Below, piece by piece: positions 27,601-41,100 of a stretch of DNA of 64,000 nt (position 1 is its first letter; each line of letters opens with the position of its first letter). The stretch is from contig KZ538351.1 of the NCBI GenBank assembly GCA_000934665.2, forward strand, positions 1-64,000, read 5' to 3'. The notes below the pieces were generated by a model. The model saw nothing but the letters and a program-made list of their open reading frames with translations, was not told where the DNA came from and did not search any database. This stretch comes from Catajapyx aquilonaris. Its lineage: Eukaryota. The position numbers were made by a program, and so were the translations under genes.

Positions 27601-30600
27601 CTAAGTGACAAAGAGCACTGAACACTCTGGTGGGTCCCTGACCATCAGAAAGCCTGGGAAATATAAAGTGGAGTGTAGAAAGTGGATGCAGGTTGGGTTG
27701 CGGATCCTCGCAGGATAACAATCGTCTGCTCCCATTAGGTTTAACGGCCTTCACCGAAGGGCGTGTTTCCCTTTTGCTGACAATCATCAATTAACCTCAC
27801 ACACACACACACATAAAAAAAATGCATATACAGTCGGCCCCGACTCCAAAACGTAAATGGCAAAACGTGTAATTACACTTGGGCCCAGCAAAACCTCGTA
27901 TAGTTGCTAATGCATTTTCTCTCCCACGATGTGATTTACCGTCAGCAACCCTGGTGGAAGACCTAGGAAATCATTTTTCATCCCTTTTTTCGCGGAAGGT
28001 TGTAACCTTCCTAGAAAGCCCATGTTCCTGCCTCTTAAAGGCTGTAATTAACCGAAAATATGCTAGGAAGGGGGGGCCATGTTGCCAACGCAGGGTTTGC
28101 AAAAAAAAAAAAAAAGTCAACATCTAAGAGTAATTCTCGCAAATTTTGTGAAGGTCAATGCCTTCCTGCTTGAGACCAGCTGACATGTGACCAGTAATCG
28201 CATATAACGGCTATTGCAATGATTGCTTAGTAGGGGCAATGAATGCAGGACCTGAATTAATATTTTCGAACCATATTTTTTATTCGTGTGTTGGAAATAA
28301 TTTTGTGCACCACTCTGTGGTTGTGTTGTTGAGGAGTTCACTCGGTAGATGGCGCGGTTCTTTCCCTTTGCCGCGGCATTTCCAACTTATGTTTGCTTCT
28401 CGGTAGAGGGCCGTCCAGTGTAGTGTTATAACTCGCTGAGTGTTAACTCTACCAGACCATGTTATTCCTGATTATCCAAAGCGAACTGGCCTAGAATCGT
28501 AATGAACACATGCCTTCAATTAAGCATAATGAACCGGTGACATCACAGGGGAAGGCTTAGGCCTAATTTTTTAATGGGCGATGAAAACTAGACTCCGAGG
28601 CGAGGGTTAAGCGGGGCCAAAAATTTAGGCCCGACCTTTCATGTGTCTGCCATGTGCGGTCTTGGTGCTTTGAATTACCCTTGCCAGGTAATGGCCTGGA
28701 TTTTGAAATGATGGGAGGTAATCCGGTGCCATTTCAGTGTAACTCGTTCATTTTCCCCCCATTCATTTGTGACTTGACTCTGTTTCCTGCCACATGTCTG
28801 GAAGTGGTCCGAAATCGCTTTGATCTTCTCTGGAGCTCCATGTCCTCAGGAAACAGGAAGCTGCGGGATGGGTTCTGGAAATCCGGGCGAATCCTGCGGG
28901 TTATAATCTTGATGGGTTGGAGACTTGCTGGGGTCTGGTTTTTTTCCCCCAAAAAAAGACTTGGAGCCCCAAGAAATGCCCAGCACAGATCGCGTTTCAG
29001 AACGTTGCTCTTTTGTGTGGGCCGCCTTCCCTTCAGCAGAAGACATTCACTTACACCCCCGGTCCTTTTCATGTGCACGCTGAAAAGAAAGGTTGATCGC
29101 CTCTTGCAGTGTGCATACCGATACATAGGGACGCCCCCGGGTCATTTTCTTTCCCCCCGTCGGGGGCCATGGGGGCGGGATATTTTGGATGCAAGAGTTG
29201 CAGTGCATTGTAACCAGATTGTCGTTGGCTTCCTGGGCAAGGACCCAAGTGCACTGCACCAAAAATTCATTTCTGTCGCTGGCACTTTGCCGGTCTAGAC
29301 TAGAGCAGACGCACGTGGCCTAGCCTGCATTGTTTCCCGAGGGGTGGGGCCCTTGGGACACGTCAGATACCGTTCAAAAGGAAAGGATTTTCCAACAAAA
29401 ATTTGGACCGGAAACTTCTCCGGAAAACTGCGCAACAATATCAACAGACTTTCGATGCTTCATAAGGTGTCATATGCGAATTAACCATGAATCAGGCCGA
29501 CCTTGCGAAATCCCACACGCGTTTAATGTAAACATTATTTTTCGAACCGTGTCAACAATGTGTGGCGAAAATTAATAACCTTACCCCCTTGACTGCGGCG
29601 AAGGACTTTTGCCACGCCCACGAAAAATTCACCTTGAGACTTTTTGAAACGCGGAAGAATGGGATACATGAGTATGGTCAAGTGTCATCCTTTTGCTTTA
29701 TTAGCCATTCAGACGCCGTTGTAATTTAAAGTGGAGGGTACGCTCTTGGAAGGGGTTGTTAGCCTGGCCTTTATGGGGGGTGTTCTATATCGAGGGGTGT
29801 CCCCATTGGCTTTTTTCTTCCTGCTGGCCTTCGATTTAGGTGGTTCTGCCCAAATATGAGACTCAAAAGAAAAATTGGTTTTCAGAACAATTTGCAAGTC
29901 AACTGAAGGTTTTTCGCGAAACAAGGCTTTTGACCAGTGGCGTAAAGTCACATGAACTGTTACGGAAGTTGCGGCGGCCGGCGATGTGAGTCATTGGATT
30001 TTAGCCAGAAATTCTGAAACTGTGCTAGTGTTAGCCAAGCGAAGGGAATTGTTAATCGGAGGAATTTAAGAGCTTTTGTCTCCGAAGCGGAACTTCTCTC
30101 ACCGCGCGCTTCGCCGAGGGAACTTTTTTCTTTTTTTTCATCTACTAGGAACTAATACTTCCGATATCAGATTAGCAGCGGCTGCATGTGATTAGGTGGG
30201 GATTACGTACGTACGACGACAAGAATTGGAAAGTGCGAGGAGTTTCTGCGGCGAGCCGTTATCACATAAAGCCAGACCATTTCCTAGCCCTATGATGCAG
30301 TATGACCAACCAAAGAGAGGGGTTCGAGCCAGCAGGATTTTCCTGGATGTCAAAACTTTATTTTTGTTGGCTGTTACACGCGCATATGATTTTGTAAATC
30401 CCTGCGGAATTCAGGTCGCTTAAAATCGTGTAATGCAATTAAACTTGAGATGCATGAGACAATTAAATATGTTCGAAGTTTTTAACGCCGCATTTTTTAA
30501 AAATTTCCTTCATAGAAGTTATACTTGGCAGGATAAGTTGAGGGCTCGTCCTTGGGATGGGTTAGGTTTATTCGAGGCCGTACCCATATCCATTATATGC

Positions 30601-31212
30601 ATGATGGGGTCTGAAAATGCGGCACGAAAGCTGGAGAAAAAATGCTGGAAACTGTGGAAAAAGCGTATACCTAGCTTCGGAGTAACCGAAACATGTCTAA
30701 CACTAATCAGTCGATCAACCTGCAGGGGAATTGGTGCACACTAGAAAGTGTTGCTACCTTGACTCACTGCAGTTTTGCTATAGAAACCAATTATGGCAGA
30801 TACCTGATGACCTCTTTTTTTTAAACCAATACAATTGTTTCTGATATAAACATGTGAATACCACGAGGACATGCAGTGCTCCAAACCAGGAAGAATAATC
30901 ACGCAGGTTTTAAAATAGTAATGGTCTATCCGTCTGGATGCTATTTCGGTCAATCAATATGCAATCTTGATCCTCGATTAAATGTGAATTCGCAATTCTT
31001 CCCACACAAAGTCCTTGTCTCGATTCACAAAACAGACCCCAAGTGGCTGATCCGCGCCTGCGTGTAAAATGCCTTCCCTTCCCATCCCCACACCCACTTC
31101 TTGCAACTGGTTGGCAGCCCTTTAGTTGCTCGGCAGCCACTGCTTGTGATAGTGCGCCAGACCCCATCGTTTGTCTTCGTTTTTGTATCGGGTTAAGGGT
31201 TGATTTATCTCG

Positions 31213-31369
31213 ATGGAGGGCGTCCGGTGGCCGCCCCTGGGGTTGTCGGCCCAGCAGCCCCCACAGCCCCCGCCCCCTCCACCAGGGGACGACAACTTCG
31301 TGGATTTGGACGAACTTTTCAGCTGGTTACAACAACTGGAGGATACCACCAACTCGTGGAGCGCCAATG
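31213..31369 (+). CDS. Candidate alternative first exon of DIP2 (52 codons + 1 nt): MEGVRWPPLGLSAQQPPQPPPPPPGDDNFVDLDELFSWLQQLEDTTNSWSAN(G)
   Basis: ATG-initiated GC-rich island with a protein-like sequence (polyPro followed by an acidic amphipathic helix). Ends AAT G|gtacgg, phase 1. Confidence 0.55.
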
Positions 31370-34300
31370 GTACGGGGGTTGCTTACATGACGAAATCGAT
31401 GGTGTCATTTGCATTGTTCCGAGGAAACGGACCTGGGTTGGGTCCAGTTTCAATGGTCCAGTGTGAATGATCTTGGGTTTGTGCATGCCACCCATGGAGT
31501 TGTTGATAATAAGTAAACCTCGTTACGGCCGTAATGCGAGCAAGTTTGTGTTTTTATTAGTACCGTGCGCATACAGTGTATATTGCTGGTGTGGTCCCTT
31601 GTGTGTGGCGTTGGCGTCAATGTTAAGGTCGACGGCCAGAAATGTCCACAAACGTTGACACTAGAGTCATTGGCACGTTCCCACCCTGCAGGCCAGATTG
31701 GCACAGTGCAAATATGTGTTTTTTTTTGTAAACCCCCCCAAAAAAAGACTGAAGGGATATACTTTCAGGTCGATTGAGAGGATTTGAAATATGGTCAGGA
31801 CGAAATTCATTGTCTAACTTTACACGTCGTTTAATTTCGGTGGCGTCATTAAGCCGAAAAGTCGCACATAAATGTAAATTATTTTAGGGAATGCTGTTTA
31901 ATTGACAGCAAACATGATGCTCATTCGGGCCTAAGAAGCAGAGTAAAATTAGGTCGTTTTTCTGGTCAGTTGGTACGTATCCTGCTGGTGACCTCCGACG
32001 TATTACGCACAATATGGATGATAATTGACCCTATGTGCGCCATTATTATTCCAGCTACGCTAATTGTCAGCTGTGAGTTGGTGTTGTTTCAAGAAATGTA
32101 TTTTAGGGGCTGGCATGACACTGACAGAAAGGGTGTGGGGGATGTGTCATGGCGATAGGCGCACGTGTGACACGTTGGGCAAACCTTTTGTCACGCATTG
32201 TCATCCTTCTCGGACCCTTAATGCTATTACCCCCCATTTTATGTAAGAGGCTACAAACAGGAAACCTTTTTTTTTTTTCGGTGTGGCTCCTGTTTTTATT
32301 CCTTGGAGAGCTTCGGATGTAACGTGGGGCGTGACGATGAGGCCAAGGAAAACGGCCAGAAAAAAAAAAGGAACAGGAAAATTTTGCTTGTCTCAAGGAC
32401 TTGCCGGCATGTGTGATCTGCTTCGAAAGTGTTGCCAGGTGCGAAACGTACATAACCATGCATTGTTTTTATGACGCGTGCCACGCACGTTGCCAACATT
32501 TTAGATGGCGAAACTTCCCTATTTTTTCGCGTGCTATTTTAGATCTTAGGGAAGCATTCGCCACATGGCCGTTTCACTTCCGCCATTTTTTAACATGATC
32601 AGGACAGTGGTTCAATGCTCTCCGGTGTAAACAAAGGTGGACGGGTTCTCACCTTCCGGCCTAAGAAAAAAGAATTGTGGTGAGCTCATCAGCATGTAGT
32701 GTCACGTGTCATTAATCAGACTGGTCAGCTGATGGGCGCCAGTTGAGTTGCACGCAAGTGATCATCACTTGGGGGCGAGAATTCGGTCGGGTTTTATCAT
32801 GGGAGAGTGCTCGCGTATGTTCCCATCAGCCAAGGGACTTTTAAAAAAAGGGGGGTGACACGCATGAGGAAACACACAGGTCAAATTCCGGAAGTCAGAA
32901 GACATTTTGTTGGTATGGCCTGGTTGTGGTCATTGAAATGTACTGTTACCAAGTGCGATATTAGGTCACGGATTGTCCAATGTCACCACGGTACGTTATG
33001 CAACCAGTTATGGACACAGGCATGGGGCGTACCCATGACAACGAGGATTCGATTTATTTATCCTCTGATGAATTATGCAAATGTCAAATGTTTATTAAAA
33101 TAGATCAAAATGTACTGTGGTTTGTTTGGTTACGACCGGAAAAAAAAGAGAGGAATCAATGACCATGCTGGAGCCTTTGTTTTCATACCACAGCAAGTGG
33201 ACCATAGAAAGGCGTTTGATGGATCTCAATAGTAGCAGATAGGCCGTGTCCTGTCTCCCTCAGTAAGTGGCTCACCGCATCCGGTGACTGCAGGTCAATC
33301 CCAGGTCACGTGGAATCCCAAAGCCCCACTTGGTGTGCGTGTGTTTGGAAATGTATGCCGCAGCGGGAGACCATTTGGGAATTCACTAAGCGCCGGATGG
33401 TACTCGTAAAAAAAAAAAAGATCAAGTGTAAAAAAAAATTTGCGAGATGAGCCCCTAGCTGGTAGAGAGAATTTTTCGCATTGTTCCCAATACTGTACAC
33501 AATGGAGGATGAGCCCGACCTTCACCGAGTTTGGTGAAAGGGTTTTATTTTCTTGCAAAGAATAAGTCCCCGTTACCCTCATTTGTCGCCATCTTATAAA
33601 GAGAGACGAAGGCTGCACGTCACGCTTTGCATATTTCATTTTGTGACAGTGAGCAAACCAGTTTTCGCGCGTTTGTAATTTTTGCAATGAAGGGAGGTCA
33701 GTAGCTGGTTCTGTCGCAATATTCGCGGTTTATCCCCAGGTTAGTTGTATGCCTGGTTTATTTAGCACTCACTGCTGAAATTGTAATGTGAAATTATGTG
33801 GAGGATTTATTTTGGAGCTTTAAATCCTCTCAGATTTTATGCAATTATGTACAGCTCGTGTACCAAGTTTTAACATTCATGTCCCTGTGGTGCTGTGTGT
33901 TTATGGGCACGAACTGTACCGTTTGAACAGATCATATCGTACCCATGCTGCATGTTTCCATTATATACAAGCAGGTTTTTATGGTTTTAGTGTGGGGCGA
34001 ACTTAGGTGTGATTGTCCCAAGAGTTGGACGGATTCCACATTGGCGGTAACTCGTTTGAAGGAAGTCAGTTGACGTTCATTTGGCGGCTATAGAAAATCG
34101 CCTTGGGGTCTATTGCCAGAGCATGCTGTTTAGCACCTTGAAAAGGACCCAGGAATAGTCAGTTGGCGACCCTGAGGGGTTTATTTTTAAAAAAATCGAC
34201 TGTAGCTTTTAACTCTGTGCAAAAATGCGGACCTCGCACAAAGTGTCAATTCCGCACCTGTGCAACTTCAAAAGGAGCGTAACTGCCCAAGTGGGTCAAG

Positions 34301-37300
34301 AGCGATCGTTCTTACCACATTGAAGAGGTGGTGTAATTGGCGTAATTGAACATCCCATTCTCCTCTGTGCACCCCTTTTGTTTTGCTTCCCAGAGGAAGT
34401 TGCCCTGCCTGCTGGTTTGCAAGGGATAATGAATTTGACGGGTGGTATGCGAGGCGATGACCTTCGAACCCTTTTTCTATCGGTCTTGCCCGATATACCA
34501 GTCGTTTTTTTATAGGTGCTGTTCGAGCAAGGACAGCCAATACATGCAATTACCCCCCAAGCCGCATATATTGTTGCAATGGGTAAAAGCCACGTGGGCA
34601 AAAGACAAAGTTGGAGGCGTTGAATCGCCCACACTTTTCCGGTAGTCCAGCAGAATGAAGTGACGTAAAGTACTTCCGGTCTCCGGAAGGTCTCATCCTC
34701 GTCGACTCTTTTGTTCATCAACTTAAAGGACGTTGACTTTTTTTTCTGTGTAAGTATAGGCGGGGTCGGCTTGTGATCACATTTTTTGGTGGGTAGCTGC
34801 ATCTTGGCTGTCACGACCTTTAACAACACATTTTAGGGAAGTAATGAGCTGAGAAGCCATTTCCCCGTTCGGTTTATTTATTTTCGGGACCTCTTTTTTT
34901 ATTGCCTTTTTTCGCCCTTTTTGTTTACAGCCATGCGGATCGGGTTCTTGGTGTGTAAACAAGGGACACGAGCCGTGTAAACGGACCGCTTGGTTATTCG
35001 CTAGGATTCGCGTTAATTTGAATTCCTGGGCGTACTTTACAAGTCCCTGCACCGTACGTAGGTGTAAGTAGGTCGCACACTCTGCAGGTGGGATTGGAAA
35101 GGACCCTTGATTTTTTTTTTTTTTTAAAGAGTTTGTTGCAATGGCGTTTTATATTGCTCAGAGACGAATTCGTGCAATCAGCTGGAGAGTTGGGTGGGTG
35201 GTAAAGAATCCAGGTGAAAACTTTTATGCTGACGCATGTTCGAGCAGTGGGTGGTTTGCAAAGCACCTGCTGAGCAGGCATTTCTATGTTGACATATATC
35301 GCCTGTATGACAAGAAGGGCAATGCATCACTGGTAAACAAGTCTTCGTCAGCATTGTGTCGCGTCACGATTCTGGTCAGTTCAAGACGCACTTGAAGTAC
35401 AAAGCGTTTTTTTTACAAGTGCACATAAGGCCATACCGCTTTTGTTAGTGCCTGAATGTATGTGATCGTGTGATTTCCTCATTTTTGCGTGGCATCTGGG
35501 CGTATGCGGAACATTCCAGCCGATGGTTTACAAACTGTTCGTCCTCTTTTTGGGGTCGAGCATTTATCACATTTTGAGCGCCCAATACGAACATTTTTCA
35601 GGCTGATGTAAACATACGCTCTTTCGAGGGAAGTCAAAAATCGGAGGAGACCTTCCTTTGTGATGAATGTGAGGAGCCGGCATTATGGGGCGTAGCTAAC
35701 ATGTTTGACAACTGCCGTCTTGTTTTGTCCCCTTCAGGGGGGTTGCCCCTCACACATGCCGCACGTGCGTGGGGGCATATACTCGCTCGTGTGTGTGTGT
35801 GTGTGGAAAACGTGCGCTTTTCTCCAGCAGACTCACAAAACCTGGGTTGGATTTATTTTTGTAGGGGACTGGCTTTCAAGGAGGGGGGGGTGAGACCGAG
35901 ACCTTTGTTTACGCGTTAGGTTGTGTTGTTGTAGGTAACAAGTGAAGGGGGAGACTGCCCCCAAGGAGATGATGGGACACAGAAGTCTGTCAGAAAATAA
36001 ACGGAATATGACACCCAAAGAACGTTCTCCAGAAATTTTTGGGGGGGTTTCATGTCCTGATGGAATCTGGTGTGGTGTTGATAAATGAATTAACTTGAGA
36101 GGTCGTACTACTCTGAAGTACGGTCGTAAACTACAAACAGGCTGGATACTAGTTATTGCATTATTGAACTTTGCTCGTAACTGTACTTAGAGTTAGTGAA
36201 CAAACATGTCGCATAGTTTCACAGTTGACGCGAATTTGAAAAGGGCTCCCCGATTTTTGTTCTCAGCTACTGAGTTGGCCCCCCCTGGGTATAGTCCAGC
36301 TGCCTGCATGCCACAGAGATTTATTGCCGTGTAATTACACTCTTCAGGGGTCATTTCGGGCCTGAAAAGGGAGGCGTTGATTCAAAGCGTCCCACACCAA
36401 AGGGATGATCAGGCCCAACCCGGCAGCTTGACCTCCAAAAAGGCAGTAATATTTTGGTGACAGAACTCCAGCTGAGTCTTTTGGACTTGACGACAATGGT
36501 GCGCTTCGTATAAGAAAAGATCAGGTTTCTCACACCTGGAGGAACTTTTAAAAGTTCCTTATAGCGAAAAACAACAGAATTGCAGGTTTACCCAACAGAA
36601 TACCAAGGCCATCCGTGGTGATTACTTTGTTTATTACTTTACAGTGCTTGAAGGAGTATATAATGATGGCACTCGGTTCACAGGGCAGTAAGGTTCAATC
36701 CAGTTCTTTGTGAGGTGAGGTCTTTCACACTGCAGGACTTTTTCCCACTGGTTCATCTAATTGCATCCTATAATATCACGCATCCTCTAGACGATTTTTC
36801 TCCCAAAAGAAAAAGGGGTTAGTACGTTAAAAAAAAAAAAGATGTGTCGAGACACGAAGGGTTGCACTACGCCTTCTTCCCCTTTTTTTAAAAAAAGGAA
36901 GGATCCTCCTCCCCCAGGAGGTTTTGTGCCCGCATGACTGCTCCCAGATATCGTGTTTCGGATGGAACATCATTATATAGAGCCTTGGGTCCGGTTTTGG
37001 GGTGCAAAACGGGATCCTCTTTTATTTTATTTTTTTATCTACCTTGCAGCTATGGGATCCTCTTACCGCCAGAAGCAACATTTAAAAGGGGGGTCAATTT
37101 GTGTATCGTTATTTGAATATGCGTGATATTGTGCCCCAAAATGTTGTAGGAAGCAGACTATATTATTTCCTTTGCACTCTCTTGCTTTTATCGGTCGGAT
37201 TAGGTTAGAATGATGCATGGAAGGGAAGTTATTGTGGTTTGTTAAAGAAAATAGCGCCGTGTGTTGCTAGCAGTAATAGTAATTTACGCTTCCGTCACGC

Positions 37301-38119
37301 GCATGTAAATACCAAGTGTAACCAACGAATGACTGGGGGCTCACTTGATGTGGTGCTTACAAACTGAAAGAATCTGCAAGACGGCTTCCGTCTCCTCTTC
37401 AGACACTTATGTCTCTCCTTTTTTTCCCCCCCTCTTCTGCGTCCTCAGCCTCTGGCATTAATTATAGCCCCGTTTTTCCCTTCCTTCGCGTGGTTGTCAC
37501 CATTCGAAAGGAAAGAAGCCAGGAGGAAGAACCCAGTATTGACTACTAAACGTGGCCCATTGACAATTTTTTTTTTACGTCCCATGTTTTCACTTTGTTT
37601 ATACTAATGCAAGAAGGCCGTTTGGGACAAAACAGGAAAAGAGGAGGGGTTTTCCGCCCCCGTGGTTGGGTCGAAATCACATAGCTTCCAGGCTAGTGAC
37701 TCATTTTCTGGCCGCACTGGTTTTCCATTCGGATTATTATTATGCGGTGCATTTGTTACAAGGGATGGAGAGAGAAAAAAAGGAGAGGCGCCCACTCTAA
37801 ATGTGAGCCCCAATCACGAGTTTGAAGCTCAGCACGGGCCCAGACGTAAACGTAGGTCTTAACGGATTATTTTATGGCGGCGCAAAACCAAATGTGGAAG
37901 TTAAGTACTATTCGAGTTTCTGGAGGTCCCAACTGCAACGTGGAATTGCACGAAGAAGCCATATTTTTTAAAGTTGACATGGACAGCAGGGGTAGGGGGG
38001 GAGTTTGCTGCGGTGAAAATCGTTACCCACAGTTTGGCAACGAAAGATACAGTCTGTTTCTAGTTACAGAGTTTTTGAAGCTAGAAGTTTAAAGTTGTTT
38101 TTTTCACCTCTCTTTTCAG

Positions 38120-38194
38120 GTGACATCACGCAGAAAGGATATGAAAAGAAGCGATCTCGACTCCTGGCGCCCTATTTGCCAAAGCAGGGAATCG
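38120..38194 (+). CDS. DIP2: DIP2 common exon 2 (C-terminal half of the DMAP1-binding domain); needs a phase-1 upstream exon
   Basis: Acceptor ctctcttttcag|GT GAC ATC ACG CAG; donor GGA ATC G|gtgagt; encodes (G)DITQKGYEKKRSRLLAPYLPKQGI. Confidence 0.95.
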
Positions 38195-41100
38195 GTGAGT
38201 GTTCCTCTCTCCATGTAAAGGCGCACACTTTTTCTACCCCAACGAGTGTGCCTACCAAGTCCCAAATTCTTCTGGAAGGACCTAGATTCGCGGATGGTTC
38301 AATTTCAAAATGCAATCTGCTTCTTGGCTGTTTGGATGCTGGAATTGCCTTATAAAGCTGCATCGTCGATTGCCATTGAAACTAGGTGACGCCCACGCCA
38401 GGCTGCAGCACCGCGTGTTTCCTAGCCCTAGAAGGCATCAAAAAATATGCAGCCAAATTAGCTAGATTGAACAGTTAGGATAACACAAAGCAGTAAAAAG
38501 CAGGTACATCGTAATACCGTGCCATTGTATTACAAAAATTAAGAGGATTGCGGTTATTTATGTTCAAAATCTGAAAATTATATGGTAGCTGTGACATGAA
38601 ATGCTGAAATATGTCAGTTGGCTCAGCTGGTTTTTAACTTGTCCCTGTATATAATCTTGACCCAAATCCTTTTGATTGCTAACGGTAGGGTTATGATTAA
38701 TATAATCACAGCCGCTTTCTTAATGAGAAAAGCCTCTGGGTATCAATCAGCTTCGGTGTAGCTGCTCCTCATTATTTTAATCTGAAACTAAAATGTAAAA
38801 TGCCGGCGGCTTTTTTTTGAATCCACTCCCATGTAATGCTCTGCAGTTACATTCATGTGTGAAAGCTATTAATAGCTTAGAAGCGTTATTTCAAAACTGT
38901 ACAGTTACGGGACTGAAAGGCGAGGGACAATTGCAGTGGTTTTGGTCTAAAACCCGTTATTCACACGTATTCAGGCGGGGCTTAAAACGGTCAGGTTCAT
39001 GCAGGTGTCAGTCTGGCTGCCGCTAAGCCCGGTTTTTGAACCCCCAAACATTTTATCAGAGCTTCCAAAACTGAGCTTTTTGAAGCGGCTTCTTATCGTA
39101 AACCCGACTGGTCTGCTCATTTTGATTGAGCTTTCGTGTGTTTATCTCCCGCGTGCGGATGCTGTCGGTTTCGACTCCTTTTTTTATATCTTTGCATTCC
39201 GAGCTGTGTCAACACGTGTTTGGTCATGTCGCTGTGGAGTCAAAGGGCAGGTCCTGATATACGTTCTGTGCCTTCCAGGAGAAAGTGGACAGTGTTGAGT
39301 AGGCCAGTGGGGGAAGGTGACAACTTTGCAATATAGGCAGCGACTATTTTTTTTTAATTTCTTGTTTTTTTTTGGATTGGCCTGGTTTGTTTCGTTCCTG
39401 TGACGACTTGTGCCAAATATGCCGCCGATTTAATTGAACTTTCACACAGTGCGGCTGCACTTTTTGGCACACTTTGAGGGTTGCATATAATTTGTGAGGA
39501 GGGGAATGCAAATCTCCTTGCCACAGGTATTCCCCACATCTTTTCGAAGCGTCTGTATATAGCTTTTGGGAGGAATTGTGGTGCATACTGTGGTTCACAT
39601 GTGCTCGATAATTCCGAACCTGAAAGCCGGATGCGTTCAGACTAACTGCATGCTTGTATGAAAGGTCTTTGCATTTCAGCAAATTTAATCGCAGTTACTA
39701 ATAAACGCTGTTGTTTGATTACTAACCGGATGATGTGCTGTGTATCTGTCCAAGCAGTTGAGTCCGGCCCTCCTTCTCGGGTGCAGTGGGACCAACATCA
39801 CCTCACTGAACATGAGAAGAGGTACCACTCAGGTATATCCAGCCACCAGAGAAAAAAAAAAAAAACTTATCCAAAACATGTTGAAATCCAATCGTGCGTG
39901 CTTTTGGTCGGGCATGGATATTTAACGGGCATTTTATTTTACTTAATTTGGTTTGGGCCAAGGTTTTGGTGTGCATGGGAACGTTGTCCTCGGCTGGCTT
40001 TTTTTGTCTCTTCTTTGGTCTTGTTTCCTTCTTCATTGTGTGGTGATGTGGCGGTGGCCGAGTCTATCTGTGTTATAGCTACCAAATCGCCGCCACAAGT
40101 CAGGAGGCGTGGTCCGTCACCTATAATCCAAGGTGGGAAAGTTTGTGTCTTTTCCAGTCGCTGTTGCTCACCTATTATTTTTATTTTTATTTATTCATCC
40201 ATACACTCTCCCCAGCTTTTTCTCGTGTGTTCGCACTATAGCTTGCTTGACCTATACCCCCCATTTTTTTTCTCTCTCCAAAATAAAAATTTATTCTTCG
40301 GGACGCGTGGGACGATGTCCATATGGAATATGGTGCCAGGCTGCCAAATCCATGGCTTTTATTTGGGTTGGCCAGCCCAACATTTCCAGGAATGTGGAGT
40401 GATGTCAATCGGAGGGGAGCCAGATGTTGTCGAAAATTGGGTCGGGTCAGGGTTCACACGCCTGTAAAAATAATGCATGTGTCGATTATTTTTTTTTGAA
40501 AGGGAGGATTTACTTGGTGGGGGTTTCTATTTACAATCCAAAAATGGGAATTCGATTAGGCCGATATCGGTGGTTTATTGAAAACTGAGCAGTTTTACAA
40601 TGATGCGAGCTGGGTCATAAAAAGGTCAGCTCCCTCTAAAGCCACGCATTGTTATGATAATATTGGGACGCTGATAAGTACTGCTCACGTGTCAGTAAAT
40701 GGAGATATCATTGCTGCTATCTTTTATTGTGTCCTGGCATTTTTGCTCGTGTGTATCTCAATTGTACAGCTCACAATGTTGGCAGCATGCAACAAAAATT
40801 GCAACATTTTGTATCTATTTTATGGGATTAATTAGAGAGCCTCGAGTCAGGATTAATGGCGCAATAAATTCTGAATTAAATTGCACCTATTTATGGAATC
40901 GGCATAATTTCGCCACCATTGCGAGGAGTGTGAGATATCAGTAATTACTTTTAAATTTAGTTTGCAATTTAGTCATCCGAATTAATTATTTTTTTGACAT
41001 CACTCTTCACATTCCTAGAGCTTTACTGTCCCTAACCAAAGTGCCCAGTATTAACCAAAACGACTCCAATACGAAAATTGGATCCTGCCGAAAATGCCCC

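Noticed and set aside
28654..29298. 214-aa plus-strand ORF
   Set aside because: GTG start, composition like surrounding intron, no motif or clear exon boundaries.
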